Both the position numbers and the translations under genes were made by a program. Below are positions 39,235-50,809 of a stretch of DNA of 64,000 nt, in pieces. How positions within the stretch are numbered: position 1 is the stretch's first letter; the number at the start of each line of letters is the position of its first letter. The notes below the pieces were generated by a model. It made no database searches. It was not told the DNA's origin and worked only from the letters and a program-made list of their open reading frames with translations. Origin of the DNA: an uncultured delta proteobacterium (GTDB taxonomy: Bacteria > Desulfobacterota > Syntrophia > Syntrophales > Smithellaceae); the NCBI GenBank assembly GCA_963753975.1, contig CAVWEH010000005.1:704001-768000 (forward strand). Direction: 5' to 3'.

Positions 39235-41141
39235 ATGATGAACTACCGCTCTTATGATGAGGCATACAACCGTTCGATGAATGATCCGGAGGGATTCTGG
39301 GCGGACGCTGCCGCAGCTGTTTCCTGGGTAAAGAAATGGGATAGTGTTGTTTCCAGCCCCAAACCGGAATTTTACAGATGGTTTGAAGGCGCGCAAATGA
39401 ATACCTGCTATAACGCGATTGACCGGCATGTAGAGCGCGGCAGGAAAGATCAGGTTGCTATTATTTACGACAGCCCCGTAACGGGTGTAGTCAAGAAAAT
39501 AACGTATGGTGAACTTCTTACCTCTGTTTCACTTCTCGCCGGCATGCTTAAAAAATCCGGTGTCGCAAAGGGCGACCGCGTAGTTATTTACATGCCCATG
39601 ATTCCGGAAACACTCTTTGCCATGCTTGCCTGCGCGAGGATTGGAGCCATTCATTCGGTCGTCTTCGGTGGATTTGCGCCGAATGAACTCGCGATAAGAA
39701 TCGACGATGCGAAGCCCAAGGTAATTCTTTCCGCAACATGCGGCATCGAACCGAAAGGCGCTATACCTTACAAGCCGCTTCTGGATAAAGCAATCGAACT
39801 ATCTGCGCATAAGCCGGAAAAATGTTTTATCTATGAGCGTCCGCAGGTTAAGGCCAAACTGATTCCCGGCCGGGATGTGGATTGGGAAAAGGCTCTGCAG
39901 GAAGTGAAGCCTGCCGGATGTGTTACGGTAAAGGCAACCGATCCCCTTTATATACTTTATACATCCGGCACAACCGGAATTCCGAAGGGCGTGGTGCGGG
40001 ACAACGGCGGCCACGCGGTGGCCTTGCTGTGGAGCATGAAGAACATTTACGGAATCGAGCCCGGTGATGTCTACTGGGCGGCCTCCGATGTAGGCTGGGT
40101 TGTCGGTCATTCCTATATCGTTTACGCGCCGCTTCTTTACGGCGCCACAACAGTCATGTATGAAGGCAAGCCGGTGGGAACACCTGATCCCGGCGCTTTC
40201 TGGCGTGTGATTAATCAGCATAACGTCAAGGTTCTCTTCACCGCCCCTACCGCGTTTCGTGCGATCAAGAAAGGAGGATCCAGCCGGATCTTTCATTAAA
40301 AAATATGACATTTCCTGCCTTAAATATCTTTTCCTTGCCGGCGAGAGGCTCGACCCGGATACATATTACTGGGCGGCAAATTTTCTGAAAATCCCCGTCA
40401 TTGACCATTGGTGGCAGACCGAGACAGGCTGGGCGATTGCCGCCAACTGCATGGGCATAGAACATCTGCCGGTAAAAGCCGGTTCGCCCACAAAACCTGT
40501 GCCGGGCTATAATATCAAAGTGCTGGATGAGAATGCCGAGGAGCTGCCGAACGGAACGGAAGGGACGATTGCCATAAAGCTGCCGCTGCCGCCTGGCTGT
40601 CTGACCACGCTCTGGGAGAAGGATGATGCTTATGTTTCCTCGTACCTGCGCACATTTGAAGGCTGCTATTCCACGGGGGACGGAGGCTTCAAAGACGAGG
40701 ACGGATACATTTATATAATGGGACGTGTCGATGATATAATTAATGTGGCCGGCCACAGGCTGTCCACCGGCGGCATGGAGGAAGTTGTTGCCAAACACCC
40801 GGATGTCGCCGAATGCGCGGTCATCGGTGTTGACGACCAGCTCAAAGGGCAGGTACCCGTCGGTTTCGCCGTATTGAAAGCTGGTGTTTCCAGAAACCAG
40901 GCGGATATTCAGAAAGAAATTGTCGGGATGATCCGCGATCAGATCGGCGCGCTTGGCCTGCCTTAAGGATATTGCCATTGTTGCCCGGCTTCCCAAAACG
41001 CGAAGCGGCAAGATTCTGCGCTCGACTATGCGCAAGATTGCGGATGGAAAAGAATATAATGTGCCGTCAACAATAGAAGACCCGGCAGTACTCGGGGAGA
41101 TTCAGGGCGCGCTCAAAGGTGTGGGTTACCCGAAGCAGTAA
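39235..41141 (+). CDS. prpE: Propionyl-CoA synthetase, frameshifts near 40270 and 40955
   Basis: YTSGTTGIPKGVVRDNGG, DHWWQTET, INVAGHRLSTG, LPKTRSGK. Confidence 0.88.
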
Positions 41142-41161
41142 AACACCGGAAAGACAGATAT

Positions 41162-41953
41162 CTAACGACTGCGGCATAGGAACCAGGGATAGCGGGTAAA
41201 TTCCTGATACCCCATTCTTTTATAGACGGGTTCACCGTAAATACTGGCCTGCAAAATAACACAGCGAGCGCCGAATTTGAAGGCAGTGTTGCCAACTGCA
41301 CGGACGCATTGTTCGGCTAAACCGATTCCGCGAGCAGTTTCAACAGTACCGACATAATAAATGCCGGCAATGCCATGGCTGAGAAGTGCAAAAGCACAGG
41401 AAGCAGGTTTGTTATCCTTGTATGCCACAACCGCATAAATATGGGGTACAAGAAAAGCGTTCGGATTACTAAAAACACTTCTGCCCGCCTCTTCAGGCAT
41501 ACCAAGGCTCATGTAGCTGAGCGCTACCACCTCAGCAAAGTCATTTACCATGGATTTATTTGTGACATGCTTTAATGTTACGCCATCCGGCAAGGGTTTC
41601 TCAACAAGCGTCTTTTCGATGAACATACCGGGAGTGTTCGATATCCTCGTGAGTTTAAGCTCTTCACATTTGTCGAGAAGGTCCTGATCAATATGCGTCC
41701 GGACAATAATAGTAAAAGACCTCTTGCGCTTGGCAAAAAATTCCTTGGCCTGAGAAATAAGCAGGTCAGGCGGCGCTTGTGATTGCCTCGTGGTCCTTAT
41801 AACAAAGTTAAGGGCCGGAAATGTGCTTGCACCGCAAACAAAAAGAATATCACCTTGCTCGGCTATATCAGTATTTGTACCCCACCTGGAAATCTCGCGG
41901 TGGGATTCAGCTAAATTCAGATCACTCAAATGAAGCAGTTCATCTTGGTTCAT
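41162..41953 (-). CDS. GNAT family N-acetyltransferase
   Basis: AGIYYVGT..ARGIGLA...LQAS..G..VY.RMGY. Confidence 0.85.
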   Translation of the reverse strand: MNQDELLHLSDLNLAESHREISRWGTNTDIAEQGDILFVCGASTFPALNFVIRTTRQSQAPPDLLISQAKEFFAKRKRSFTIIVRTHIDQDLLDKCEELKLTRISNTPGMFIEKTLVEKPLPDGVTLKHVTNKSMVNDFAEVVALSYMSLGMPEEAGRSVFSNPNAFLVPHIYAVVAYKDNKPASCAFALLSHGIAGIYYVGTVETARGIGLAEQCVRAVGNTAFKFGARCVILQASIYGEPVYKRMGYQEFTRYPWFLCRSR

Positions 41954-42088
41954 TGTGTTTCCCTATTGTGAATGTTAATTATTCTTTTTGCGACGTACTT
42001 TATACAATATTTATTACTTAATCAAAAGGAGATTTGAAAAGATGTTCTAAAATGTTTGCAACACTAAAACAATCTAAGGTCACGAACA

Positions 42089-42964
42089 CTAACTAGCAGA
42101 TTTTAATATTTGATCAAGGTATTCTTTGAGAAGTTTGTCTTGGCTATGGATACTCTCTTCCATAGTTAATTTATAATGCTCATAGTCAAATGGCAGTTCG
42201 AGTTCTTCGCGCACAGCTTTAACGGCGGGTATTACCAATTCTCTAATTTGTACAGATATTGCGTAGCATTCTGCTACAAAATTTGCCCAATCTATTTTTA
42301 ATTTCTCACTTAGTTTTTTTTGTTGTTCTGTTGTGTCAACAATCATCTTTTGTTCAAATTCTAATGCATCTTGAATAAATTTCCAGCGGTGTTGATCCTT
42401 GTTCCCCTCAAAGCTCAACTGCTTCATCAATTCAACCATGCGATTGCGCTCTTTTGAAAACATATTGATTTGTTCGCCCAGCATGTTGATTCTTGTATAT
42501 GTATCTACTAGCGGCTGACGGTGAAACGCTAATTTTATTATTGACGCATTTAGTTCTCTGGTAAATTTCAATACGGCTTTAAGCGTTTCGTCTTGAGCTA
42601 TAAGATGTACCTTTGAAATGGCACTGACCTTCGCTGAGTATTCTTTGGACAGATCTTCTTGATTCACACGAATATTGGCGTACCGCTGAATCATGCCTAT
42701 GCCGACATCAACCGCCTCTGTCGCATCGAGATAGACTTGTTTTCGTAAATCCATTTCCCTATCAACACGGCTCTTTGTTCGGTCGTGCTCAAGTTGTTTA
42801 GCAAACCTTCTTTCATTTCCACGATGAAGTATATAAGAACTAAAAAAGGCAGCGGCAGCGGCAAAAATTATTCCTACGACGGTAACGAGTGACGCAATAA
42901 TAGCTGCCTGTAAAGTAGGCGGCAAACTGGCAAAATATTTTGAAATTCCTTCAATCATAGGCAC
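42089..42964 (-). CDS. Hypothetical protein (N-terminal TM, coiled-coil), AT-rich
   Basis: 291-aa ORF with no recognised motif. Confidence 0.7.
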   Translation of the reverse strand: MPMIEGISKYFASLPPTLQAAIIASLVTVVGIIFAAAAAFFSSYILHRGNERRFAKQLEHDRTKSRVDREMDLRKQVYLDATEAVDVGIGMIQRYANIRVNQEDLSKEYSAKVSAISKVHLIAQDETLKAVLKFTRELNASIIKLAFHRQPLVDTYTRINMLGEQINMFSKERNRMVELMKQLSFEGNKDQHRWKFIQDALEFEQKMIVDTTEQQKKLSEKLKIDWANFVAECYAISVQIRELVIPAVKAVREELELPFDYEHYKLTMEESIHSQDKLLKEYLDQILKSAS

Positions 42965-43045
42965 ACCTGTAAATGAGGAATATTAGGTACAGCGCCCTAT
43001 TTCTTTAAATATTATGGTAAATTACACTTTTTAAAAACCATGCGC

Positions 43046-43145
43046 TTAAATATACTCGCAATTTCCTTTATTTCAATTCTTTTTTCGAAGAATTTTTCAG
43101 CCGGCGCTTATACAGCCCTGGTTTTTCGATGGCGGTAGTATCTCA
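43046..43145 (-). repeat. About 100-bp duplicated upstream/promoter module (second copy 45597-45698)
   Basis: Near-identical TTAAATATACTCGCAAT...CGATGGCGGTAGTATCTCA. Confidence 0.85.
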
Positions 43146-43244
43146 GAGGAATAACGATAACAAAAAATAAATAATATAGATTTGGGAAATGGATTGGGAA
43201 TGCGTCATTCGAGTGGATCTTTGTGGCGGGATGATTTTTTTCAA

Positions 43245-43291
43245 CAAAAAGAAGAGGCCATGCATTAATAAAATGCATGGCCTCTTCTTGC
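43245..43291 (-). terminator. Intrinsic terminator of OmpA-like gene (duplicate at about 46534-46581)
   Basis: AAGAAGAGGCCATGCA / TGCATGGCCTCTTCTT hairpin plus T run. Confidence 0.8.
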
Positions 43292-43297
43292 TATTAT

Positions 43298-44380
43298 CTA
43301 CTTCTTAACTGTATATTCCACAGCGGCTTCGACTCTTCTGTTTTGCTGTCTGCCTTCTTTGGTGGAATTGTCGGCAAGAGGATTGGAAAATCCGAATCCT
43401 TTTGCTGTGATCCTGGATGCTTCGATATTGAATTTCTTCACCATGACCTCTTTTATCGCTTCCGCACGTTTCTGGGAGAGATTAATATTGTACTTCTCTC
43501 CTCCCACATTATCCGTATGACCTTCAACAACAATCTTCAGATCGGGGTATTTCTTCATGACATCGGCAACGCCCTCTATTTCTTTGTAATAAGCGGGCTT
43601 CACAATCGCTTTCCCCGTATCAAACTCCACATCCATAGTGACTCTGCCTTTTTCCATTATCTTCTGCTCAACCGATGGTTGGGGTTCCGCCTCCGCCTTT
43701 GTTATCGGTTCAGATGCCTCTTTTGCCCCGCCAAATTTCCACATCAAGGCTAATTTAATCCCGTCAAAGGTAATTGTAGATTCGACTGGTGCAACCGGTG
43801 AAACAGTATGGAATTGTTTGTTACCTAAATCATAGTAAGAGTACTCCGCGCGAGCAAGTAGATTCTTGGTAATGGCAAATTCCAGACCGGCACTTGGAGT
43901 CCAACCGAAATAATTATTTGTTTCGCCATAATCTACGCCTGTTCCTATATTTGTTGCATACGTCTTTGCCCGGCCATAAGCTACACCAACCCCCACGTAA
44001 GGAAGAAAACGCCAAATAGCGTAGCCCGCACGAATACGGGTTGAACCTACCCAATTGAGTTCGCTATTGACCAGATAGGCCGGGTTGGGAGCGCTTGTTG
44101 AACCGGAAATTTTGCCGTAGTTGATATCGGTCTCAGCGCCGATGACGATATTAATTGGGAATTGATAATTATAGCCGAGAAAAAGTCCGCCCATCCAGCC
44201 GTTAATGGTATGGTCAGCACGATCTCCGCTATCGAGATATTCCCATTTCGTGTTTCCGTGACCATACATCCCCTCCAACCCCACATAGAAACCCGTCCAA
44301 TTATAGGTATTGTCAGCAAGCGCACTCGCCGAAGTAAAAACAAAAACTGTAAAAATGAATAAAAAAAGTATACGTTTCAT
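43298..44380 (-). CDS. Outer membrane beta-barrel (Omp25/31-like) fused to an OmpA C-terminal domain
   Basis: NWTGFYVG, STRIRAGYA, RAEYSYYD; EGHTDNVG...LSQKRA...NRRVE. Confidence 0.9.
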   Translation of the reverse strand: MKRILFLFIFTVFVFTSASALADNTYNWTGFYVGLEGMYGHGNTKWEYLDSGDRADHTINGWMGGLFLGYNYQFPINIVIGAETDINYGKISGSTSAPNPAYLVNSELNWVGSTRIRAGYAIWRFLPYVGVGVAYGRAKTYATNIGTGVDYGETNNYFGWTPSAGLEFAITKNLLARAEYSYYDLGNKQFHTVSPVAPVESTITFDGIKLALMWKFGGAKEASEPITKAEAEPQPSVEQKIMEKGRVTMDVEFDTGKAIVKPAYYKEIEGVADVMKKYPDLKIVVEGHTDNVGGEKYNINLSQKRAEAIKEVMVKKFNIEASRITAKGFGFSNPLADNSTKEGRQQNRRVEAAVEYTVKK

Positions 44381-44627
44381 TTGTCTGCCCTCCGATTTTA
44401 TTTTTCCTGCAATTGTTGATGAGCTACTTACGATACAATTTTTGTGAATTTCTTCTTATGCTTATTTTAGTAGCATATCTTCAGCCAATACTTCAATAAA
44501 ATTTTTTTCTGCTACCACTTAATAGGAATCCCGTTGGAAACAGGTAAATACACATCAAAATTGCCGTGCCGCGGTAATTTTAATAAAGAAAGTGAGCGGT
44601 GAAAACAAGGCGCGGGTAGAAGTTTTT

Positions 44628-45548
44628 TTACTTCATCAGGGGCGTCCGGGATATAAAATCAACAACCGCCTGGGCGAATTCTTTACCCCTGTTCTCCTGC
44701 AGAAAATGCCCTCCCCCTTTAATGATAGTGTGCGGTTGACCTTTCGTTCCCAGAACCAGTTTTTGGAATACGCGTTCGCCGCCGCGGGTGATCGGATCGC
44801 CGTCACTAAACATTGTAACAAACGGCTTTTCAAATTGGGAGAGCACTTTCCATGCTTTGCGGTTGGCCTTTGATGCTGGGTCATTAGGAGTTATGGGTAC
44901 GAGAGAAGGAAATATGCGGGCGCCTTCTTTATAGGTATCATCGGGAAAGGGAGCGTCGTAAGCGGCAATGACTTCTTTGGATAAAGGATCGCTGGGGTTG
45001 GACATGGAGATAATTTCCCCGACTTTAAATTCCGGCGTCTCCTGAGAAAATTTACGCCAAGCAAGGAAGGCATCCGATATGGGATTATCGCCTGTCGGCA
45101 GGCCGGTATTGGCAACTACCACTCGCGCAAAGCGAGCCGGATTTTGCGCGACCAGGCGCAAGCCGATCAAGCCGCCCCAGTCCTGACAGACAAGGGTGAT
45201 TCCCTGTAAATTTGTTTTATCTAATAAACCCTGCATCCAATCGACATGGCGCTGGTAGGTGTAATCGGATCTCACCGCCGGTTTATCCGAACGGCCGAAT
45301 CCTGCGAGGTCCGGAGCTACAGCCCGAAACCCGGCATCAACTATGACTGGGATCATCTTGCGATACAGATAAGACCATGAAGGCTCTCCGTGCATAAGCA
45401 ATACCGGCTCGGCTTTTGCCGAGCCTTCGTCTACGTAGTGGATTCTCAGTGTTCCATCTTCGCCATCCGGGATATTCACATAATTAGGTTTAAACGGATA
45501 ACCGGAAAGATTTTCAAAACGGTCGTCCGAGGTTCGCAAAATTCTCAT
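44628..45548 (-). CDS. Haloalkane dehalogenase (alpha/beta hydrolase)
   Basis: HGEPSWSYLYRKM, CQDWGG, GGHFLQE. Confidence 0.88.
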   Translation of the reverse strand: MRILRTSDDRFENLSGYPFKPNYVNIPDGEDGTLRIHYVDEGSAKAEPVLLMHGEPSWSYLYRKMIPVIVDAGFRAVAPDLAGFGRSDKPAVRSDYTYQRHVDWMQGLLDKTNLQGITLVCQDWGGLIGLRLVAQNPARFARVVVANTGLPTGDNPISDAFLAWRKFSQETPEFKVGEIISMSNPSDPLSKEVIAAYDAPFPDDTYKEGARIFPSLVPITPNDPASKANRKAWKVLSQFEKPFVTMFSDGDPITRGGERVFQKLVLGTKGQPHTIIKGGGHFLQENRGKEFAQAVVDFISRTPLMK

Positions 45549-45910
45549 ATTTTATCCTCTAAATATTATGCAATTAATATTACAAAAACCTTGCATTTAA
45601 ATATACTCGCAATATCCTTTATTTCAATTCTTTTTTCCAAGATTTTTTTTGTGCCGGCGATTACACAGCCCTGGTTTTTCGATGGCGGTAGTATCTCAAA
45701 GGTCCACAGACTAGAATTAAAACCGGTGTCGTGAGTTACAGTAAATATCCCTTCCGGGTAGCCTTTCGACGACTCGAATGTTCTCATTGATGAAGTCTAA
45801 TGCCAGCGAAACCTTTAACATTGCAGTCAAGCGGGACCATTCGAATCAATCATACCTGATTCGTAATCATTAATGTTTTTCCCTCAATGTTATGATATAA
45901 ATTAATAAAT

Positions 45911-46399
45911 ATGAAACGAAAGGAGCAGGTAATGAAAAAAACATTTTTGATAATAAGCGTTGTTCTAGTGATGGGGATAATCTTTGCCGGAAGCACATTA
46001 GTGAGCGCGGCAGATTTGGGTTTGGTTCAGCTACTGACCAAGAATCTCGGAGTAACAACAAAACAGGCGACAGGCTGCGCCGGTTCCATATTCAATGTTG
46101 CCAAACAAAATATGACTGCAGATAATTTTAAAAAAGTGGCCAAAGCTGTTCCCGGTATCGACAAGATGATGGCGGCAGCGCCCAAATCGAAAGGAGCGAA
46201 GGGAACGCTCGGAAGCGCCTCGTCTTTAATCGACGAAAGTGCTTCATCAGTAGCCGGAGTTGCGAGTCTGGCGGGAAGTTTTTCTAAACTGGGAATGAAG
46301 GCGGACATGGTGAATGCCTTCACTCCCATCATCCTGGACTATGTCAAAGCGAAAGGCGGGGAACCGTTAATGAAGACTCTGCAAAGCGCTTTGCAGTAA
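45911..46399 (+). CDS. Exported protein, DUF2780-like
   Basis: Signal peptide, LGVT..QA.G.AGS.F..AK, F.KLG...DMV..F.P. Confidence 0.75.
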   Translation: MKRKEQVMKKTFLIISVVLVMGIIFAGSTLVSAADLGLVQLLTKNLGVTTKQATGCAGSIFNVAKQNMTADNFKKVAKAVPGIDKMMAAAPKSKGAKGTLGSASSLIDESASSVAGVASLAGSFSKLGMKADMVNAFTPIILDYVKAKGGEPLMKTLQSALQ

Positions 46400-46587
46400 T
46401 ATGTGCTTGCTAATAGTAAAAAAAAGAAGAAGTGTTTGCTGAAGATACCTGCCAACAAACCGAATCAAGATGTTTGAAGTTTATCGACTATCGCTTCTTA
46501 TTCATTAATTAGCTTGTCTATAATTTTTTCGACAAAAAAAGAAGAGGCCATGCACTAATAAAATGCATGGCCTCTTCTTGCCATTAT

Positions 46588-47717
46588 CTACTTCTTAACT
46601 GTATATTCCACAGCGGCTTCGACTCTTCTGTTTTGCTGTCTTCCTTCCTTGGTGGAATTATCGGCAAGAGGATTGGAAAACCCGAATCCTTTCGCTGTGA
46701 TTCTGTCTGATGCGATTTTGAAATTATTCACCATGACTGCTTTTACTGCTTCTGCGCGCTTCTGGGAGAGATTAAGATTGTACTTCTCTCCTCCCACATT
46801 ATCCGTATGCCCTTCGACAACAATCTTCAGATCGGGATATTTTTTCAGGACATCGGCAACAGCTTCAATTTCCTTGTAATAAGCGGGCTTCACAATCGCT
46901 TTCCCCGTGTCAAACTCCACATCCAGAGTAGCTCTGCCTTTTTCAATGTATCTTCTGCTCCACCGGTGCCGCGGCTTCAGGTGCCTTCTTCATTTCTTGT
47001 ACCGGAGGAGGTGCAGCCGCTCTTGCAATCGGTTCAGATGTCTCTTTTGCCCCGCCAAATTCCCAGGCCAAGCCGAGCTTGAAGCCCTGAAATTTAATTT
47101 TATTGTCAATATTTTCTACAAAATCACCGCTTGTTGTGACATTATTTGATGCAAAATCGTAATACGCATATTCCGCGCGGGCGAGTAAATTCTTGGTGAT
47201 GGCAAATTCAAGACCGACACTGGGAGTCCAACCCCAATATGTATTTACAGTATTTTCAACCTCTGCGCCTGTTGCTCTTAAATTTGCAAAAAGCTCTCCG
47301 CGGCTATAAGCAACGCCGACCGCAACATAAGGAAGAAAGCGCCCGATGGCATAACCGACACGGGCGCGAGTCGAGCCGACCCAAGGGATTTCGGTACGAC
47401 AATCATAAGTGTCTGTCTGGACAATTGGAAGAGCCTGATATTTTGCCGTAGTTAATATCCGTTTCCACGCCGACAACAACATTGATAGGAAATTGATAAT
47501 TATAACCGAGAAAAAGGCCGCCCATTCCGCCCTTAAGGGTGTGGTCAGTATGAGTTCCAAAGAGTGGCCAATCCAAGTCGGAAGTACCAACATCATAACT
47601 CCCCTGTATACCAACATAGAAACCTGTCCAATTTTTGGTATCTGTCGAATCAGCAAGCGCGCTCGTCGAAGTAAAAACTAAAAGCGTAAAAATGAATAAA
47701 AAAAGTATACGTTTCAT
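46588..47717 (-). pseudogene. Second barrel+OmpA paralog, frameshifts near 47415 and 46945
   Basis: Signal peptide and C-terminal domain nearly identical to 43298-44380. Confidence 0.85.
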
Positions 47718-47938
47718 TTGTTTGCCCTCCGATTTTATTTGTCCTGCAATTGTTAAAAACTTACTTACGATACGATTTTTGTGAATTTTTTCTCAGGTTT
47801 ATTCTAATAGCATACCATCAGCCAAAGCTTCAAGAAAATTTTTTCCGTTACTACTCAATTTCTGTTATTTGAGAACACACCGCCTAACAAAGACAAAATG
47901 CCGATGTTTAGAGAAACGGAGGGCTTTCTGCAGCGGGG

Positions 47939-49409
47939 CTACCGAACGGCGATTTTATCGCCTTGTCGAATCATCCGGCCTTCAACAGTACTGAGGTTTG
48001 AATTGATTAAAACATTGAGTGGTGTTCCGGTCTTCTTCGCTACTGTCCAGAGCGTATCGCCCTTTTGAACGGTGTAGTACTCTTGGGGATTGGTAAGTTT
48101 TTGACCGCTCGCTTTGGCCAGTTTTATTTGCGCTTTGTAAGTTTTTCGAGCGCGGACATGTCTGCGCGGCCGCTCGTACAAATCCGCATACATGGCCTCC
48201 TTGATGTTTTGCCCCTCTCGGAAAGGCAAAATCACCTCCTGATTTTTAGTGACGCGCGTACTGGCCGGGCAAGAATTGAGATCTTCGAGCACAGAGGGTT
48301 GTATTCTGAACTTTTTGGCCACCTGGACAATGGTCGTTGCTGAATGCGGTCTGTATTTCTGAAAGGCACTCGCTGTAAAATTTTTATTCGCACAGGCACT
48401 GCTCATAAACAACTTCTGCCCCGACAGGAACTTTTAAGCGGTATTTTTCAATATTAGGAGGAATGTACCAGCGCAACAGTTCGGGATTGAGAAAGTAAAT
48501 ATCCTCCACATCTATCTTCAATTCTTGTGCCAGGGCCACGAGGTCGGTTTTGGCGGGCACTTCTATCTCGGCGAAATCGATCGGCCCGTGAAACTCGATA
48601 TCTTTGAAACCAAAGGAGTTTAGATTTTTGCCCAAAATTGCCAGGGCCATAATTTTCGGAACGTAATTTTTGGTTTCGGACTTGAGGTAGCGCTTTTTCC
48701 TTAAATCCCAGAAATTGTCCGTTTTATAGCGCGCCATAGCCCGGTTCAGCTTAGCCTCACCCGCGTTATAAGCCGACGCGGCTATTTCCCAATCGCCAAA
48801 TTCTTCGTAGAGTTTTTTTAAGTATTTGCTCGCGGCAATCGTCGATTTAATGGGGTCGCGCCGCTCGTCGATATACCAGTCGATCTTCAATCCGTAATTG
48901 CGGCCTGTCGACGGAATAAATTGCCACAGGCCTACAGCCCGGGCATAGGATTTCGCTTTCGTCTGAAATCCCGATTCGGCCATGGCGACATAGATGAGAT
49001 CGCGGGGCAGACCGTTATCTTCGAGCATTTTGCCGAGCAGAGGAGTGTAACGGCCGCCGCGCGCGCTGTAAGTCTCAAAATAATTCCGGCCTCTTTTTAA
49101 ATAATAATTAATAAACTTTTTGACAGCATCATTGTAAACGACGGGGATATCGAAATAGCAGTTCTCCAAATTTAAGTCTTCCGCCCCTTCCAGGAGATAC
49201 GCTTTCTGAGTGTGGTTGCCCGACTTATCTATGCGGGCGCCACCGACAATGGGCGTAGCGGTCTTTTGCTTAACTTGCGGTTCAGCGTTCATCGCCGGTT
49301 GACTCTCGGGCGAATAATCTGTTTTCTGCGTCGCTGTCTGCAAAGACGAACACGAGGAGGCAAAGAAAACCAGAGCGCACAGTAACATGAGGACGGAATA
49401 TCGCATCAT
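47939..49409 (-). CDS. mltD: Lytic transglycosylase with LysM domains (MltD-like lipoprotein), frameshift near 48400
   Basis: AESGF, GLWQFIP, AYNAGE, ETKNYVPK, LysM YTVQKGDTLW. Confidence 0.85.
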
Positions 49410-49575
49410 ATTTGCAACTTTTTCTCCTTAACCCGGCAACAAGACCGTGTGATGCCCAAATATTTCAAATATTATTGCTTGTAATCTTGCATATTTTTTA
49501 AATTTCATCAACTGAGAAATACAGAAAAAAGCCGGTTTAATCTTTTTTCATTGACTGAAAGAGAAAAACTTTAAA

Positions 49576-50268
49576 TTACCTGTTTTTTTGTTTTCTTGTC
49601 ATTTTCAGCAATCTGTGCCGATATAAGTAGACCAATAAATAAAAGATAGCTATAAGTCCCAAGATTATGAGGAGAACGGCAATTCTCATCGTTCTGAAAC
49701 TATCTCCACTTACTGAAAGCAAAATAGTGCCAAATAGCCGGCCAACAGTCGAGATACCTATAAATGTCCAGATATTCATCCGACTTAAACCTATTATGTA
49801 ACAAAGAGCTGCCTTGGGAAATCCGGGAATCAGAAAAAGAATAAAGCAAGCTAGAGGACCTCGCTCTTCTATGAGGTGATCGTAATTTTCCATAAGTTGG
49901 GGTTTTACCATCTTTCTTACTAGTGGCAATCCGTATATCCTGGAAAGAATAAAGGCCAACCAGGAACCGATGCTAAGACCAATTGTGGAATAAATTATCC
50001 CCACTACGGGGCCGTACAAATAGCCGCCAACGAATCCAGAAATTTCGGCAGGAATTACTCCCGCGACCAATACCTGAAAGGCCTGAATAATGATGAAAAC
50101 AAAATCATCGTACGGATGAAAAGATTCGATAAAAGCAATCAGTTTTTGATTATAATATGTAAAATAATTGTAATAATGATAGGTAAAGAACAGATCGACT
50201 GCCGCAATAAGAAACAGGATGAGAAGTAAAATCTTGAGGATGAGGCTTTTATTCAAAGGTTTGTTCAT
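49576..50268 (-). CDS. TVP38/TMEM64 (VTT, DedA-superfamily) membrane protein
   Basis: Q..V...IPAE...GGYLYG, FLIPGFPK. Confidence 0.85.
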   Translation of the reverse strand: MNKPLNKSLILKILLLILFLIAAVDLFFTYHYYNYFTYYNQKLIAFIESFHPYDDFVFIIIQAFQVLVAGVIPAEISGFVGGYLYGPVVGIIYSTIGLSIGSWLAFILSRIYGLPLVRKMVKPQLMENYDHLIEERGPLACFILFLIPGFPKAALCYIIGLSRMNIWTFIGISTVGRLFGTILLSVSGDSFRTMRIAVLLIILGLIAIFYLLVYLYRHRLLKMTRKQKNR

Positions 50269-50372
50269 GTATTTCTGTACATCGGGTGGCCTGTCGCACA
50301 GTGACACCAAAATAAAAGGTATGAATGAATTTTTTTACTATCGAACATACTTCTAAACCGAACTATATATTA

Positions 50373-50564
50373 TTATTTATTTTCAATTTTTTTTGTGTCT
50401 GCGGCATCGTCCGGTTTGTATTCCTCCCCTTCCAAGGCCTTTTTAAAACCTCTTATAGCCTTGCCGATGGAGTTTCCTAATTCAGGAAGCTTACCGGGAC
50501 CAAAAATAATCAGAACGATAGCCAGTATCAACAAAAGATGCATTGGCTGGAGAAGACCTCGCAT
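50373..50564 (-). CDS. tatA: Twin-arginine translocase TatA/E
   Basis: [21 protein letters not shown]. Confidence 0.9.
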   Translation of the reverse strand: MRGLLQPMHLLLILAIVLIIFGPGKLPELGNSIGKAIRGFKKALEGEEYKPDDAADTKKIENK

Positions 50565-50809
50565 TATCTTTTCACCTCCTATTTCTTGTCTCTATATTTT
50601 ACTTACAGTGATTTAAAGAACAGGGCAAGCGATTTTTCATTAATAGTTCATTAATAAAATAATGGGTATTGCCGGTTATCGTCATGATTCTGTCCCAGAA
50701 ATACATTGTCACAGAGTTCAGAAAACATGTTGCAGATGCCGCCTGCTTATCAATGTCTTTTTTGCTTGGAATTGAGCTGTCTTCAAATCGATCAGATAGC
50801 AAATTGGTA

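Noticed and set aside
45566..45787. 73-aa minus-strand ORF
   Set aside because: Overlaps the duplicated promoter module, no recognisable family; at best a gene remnant
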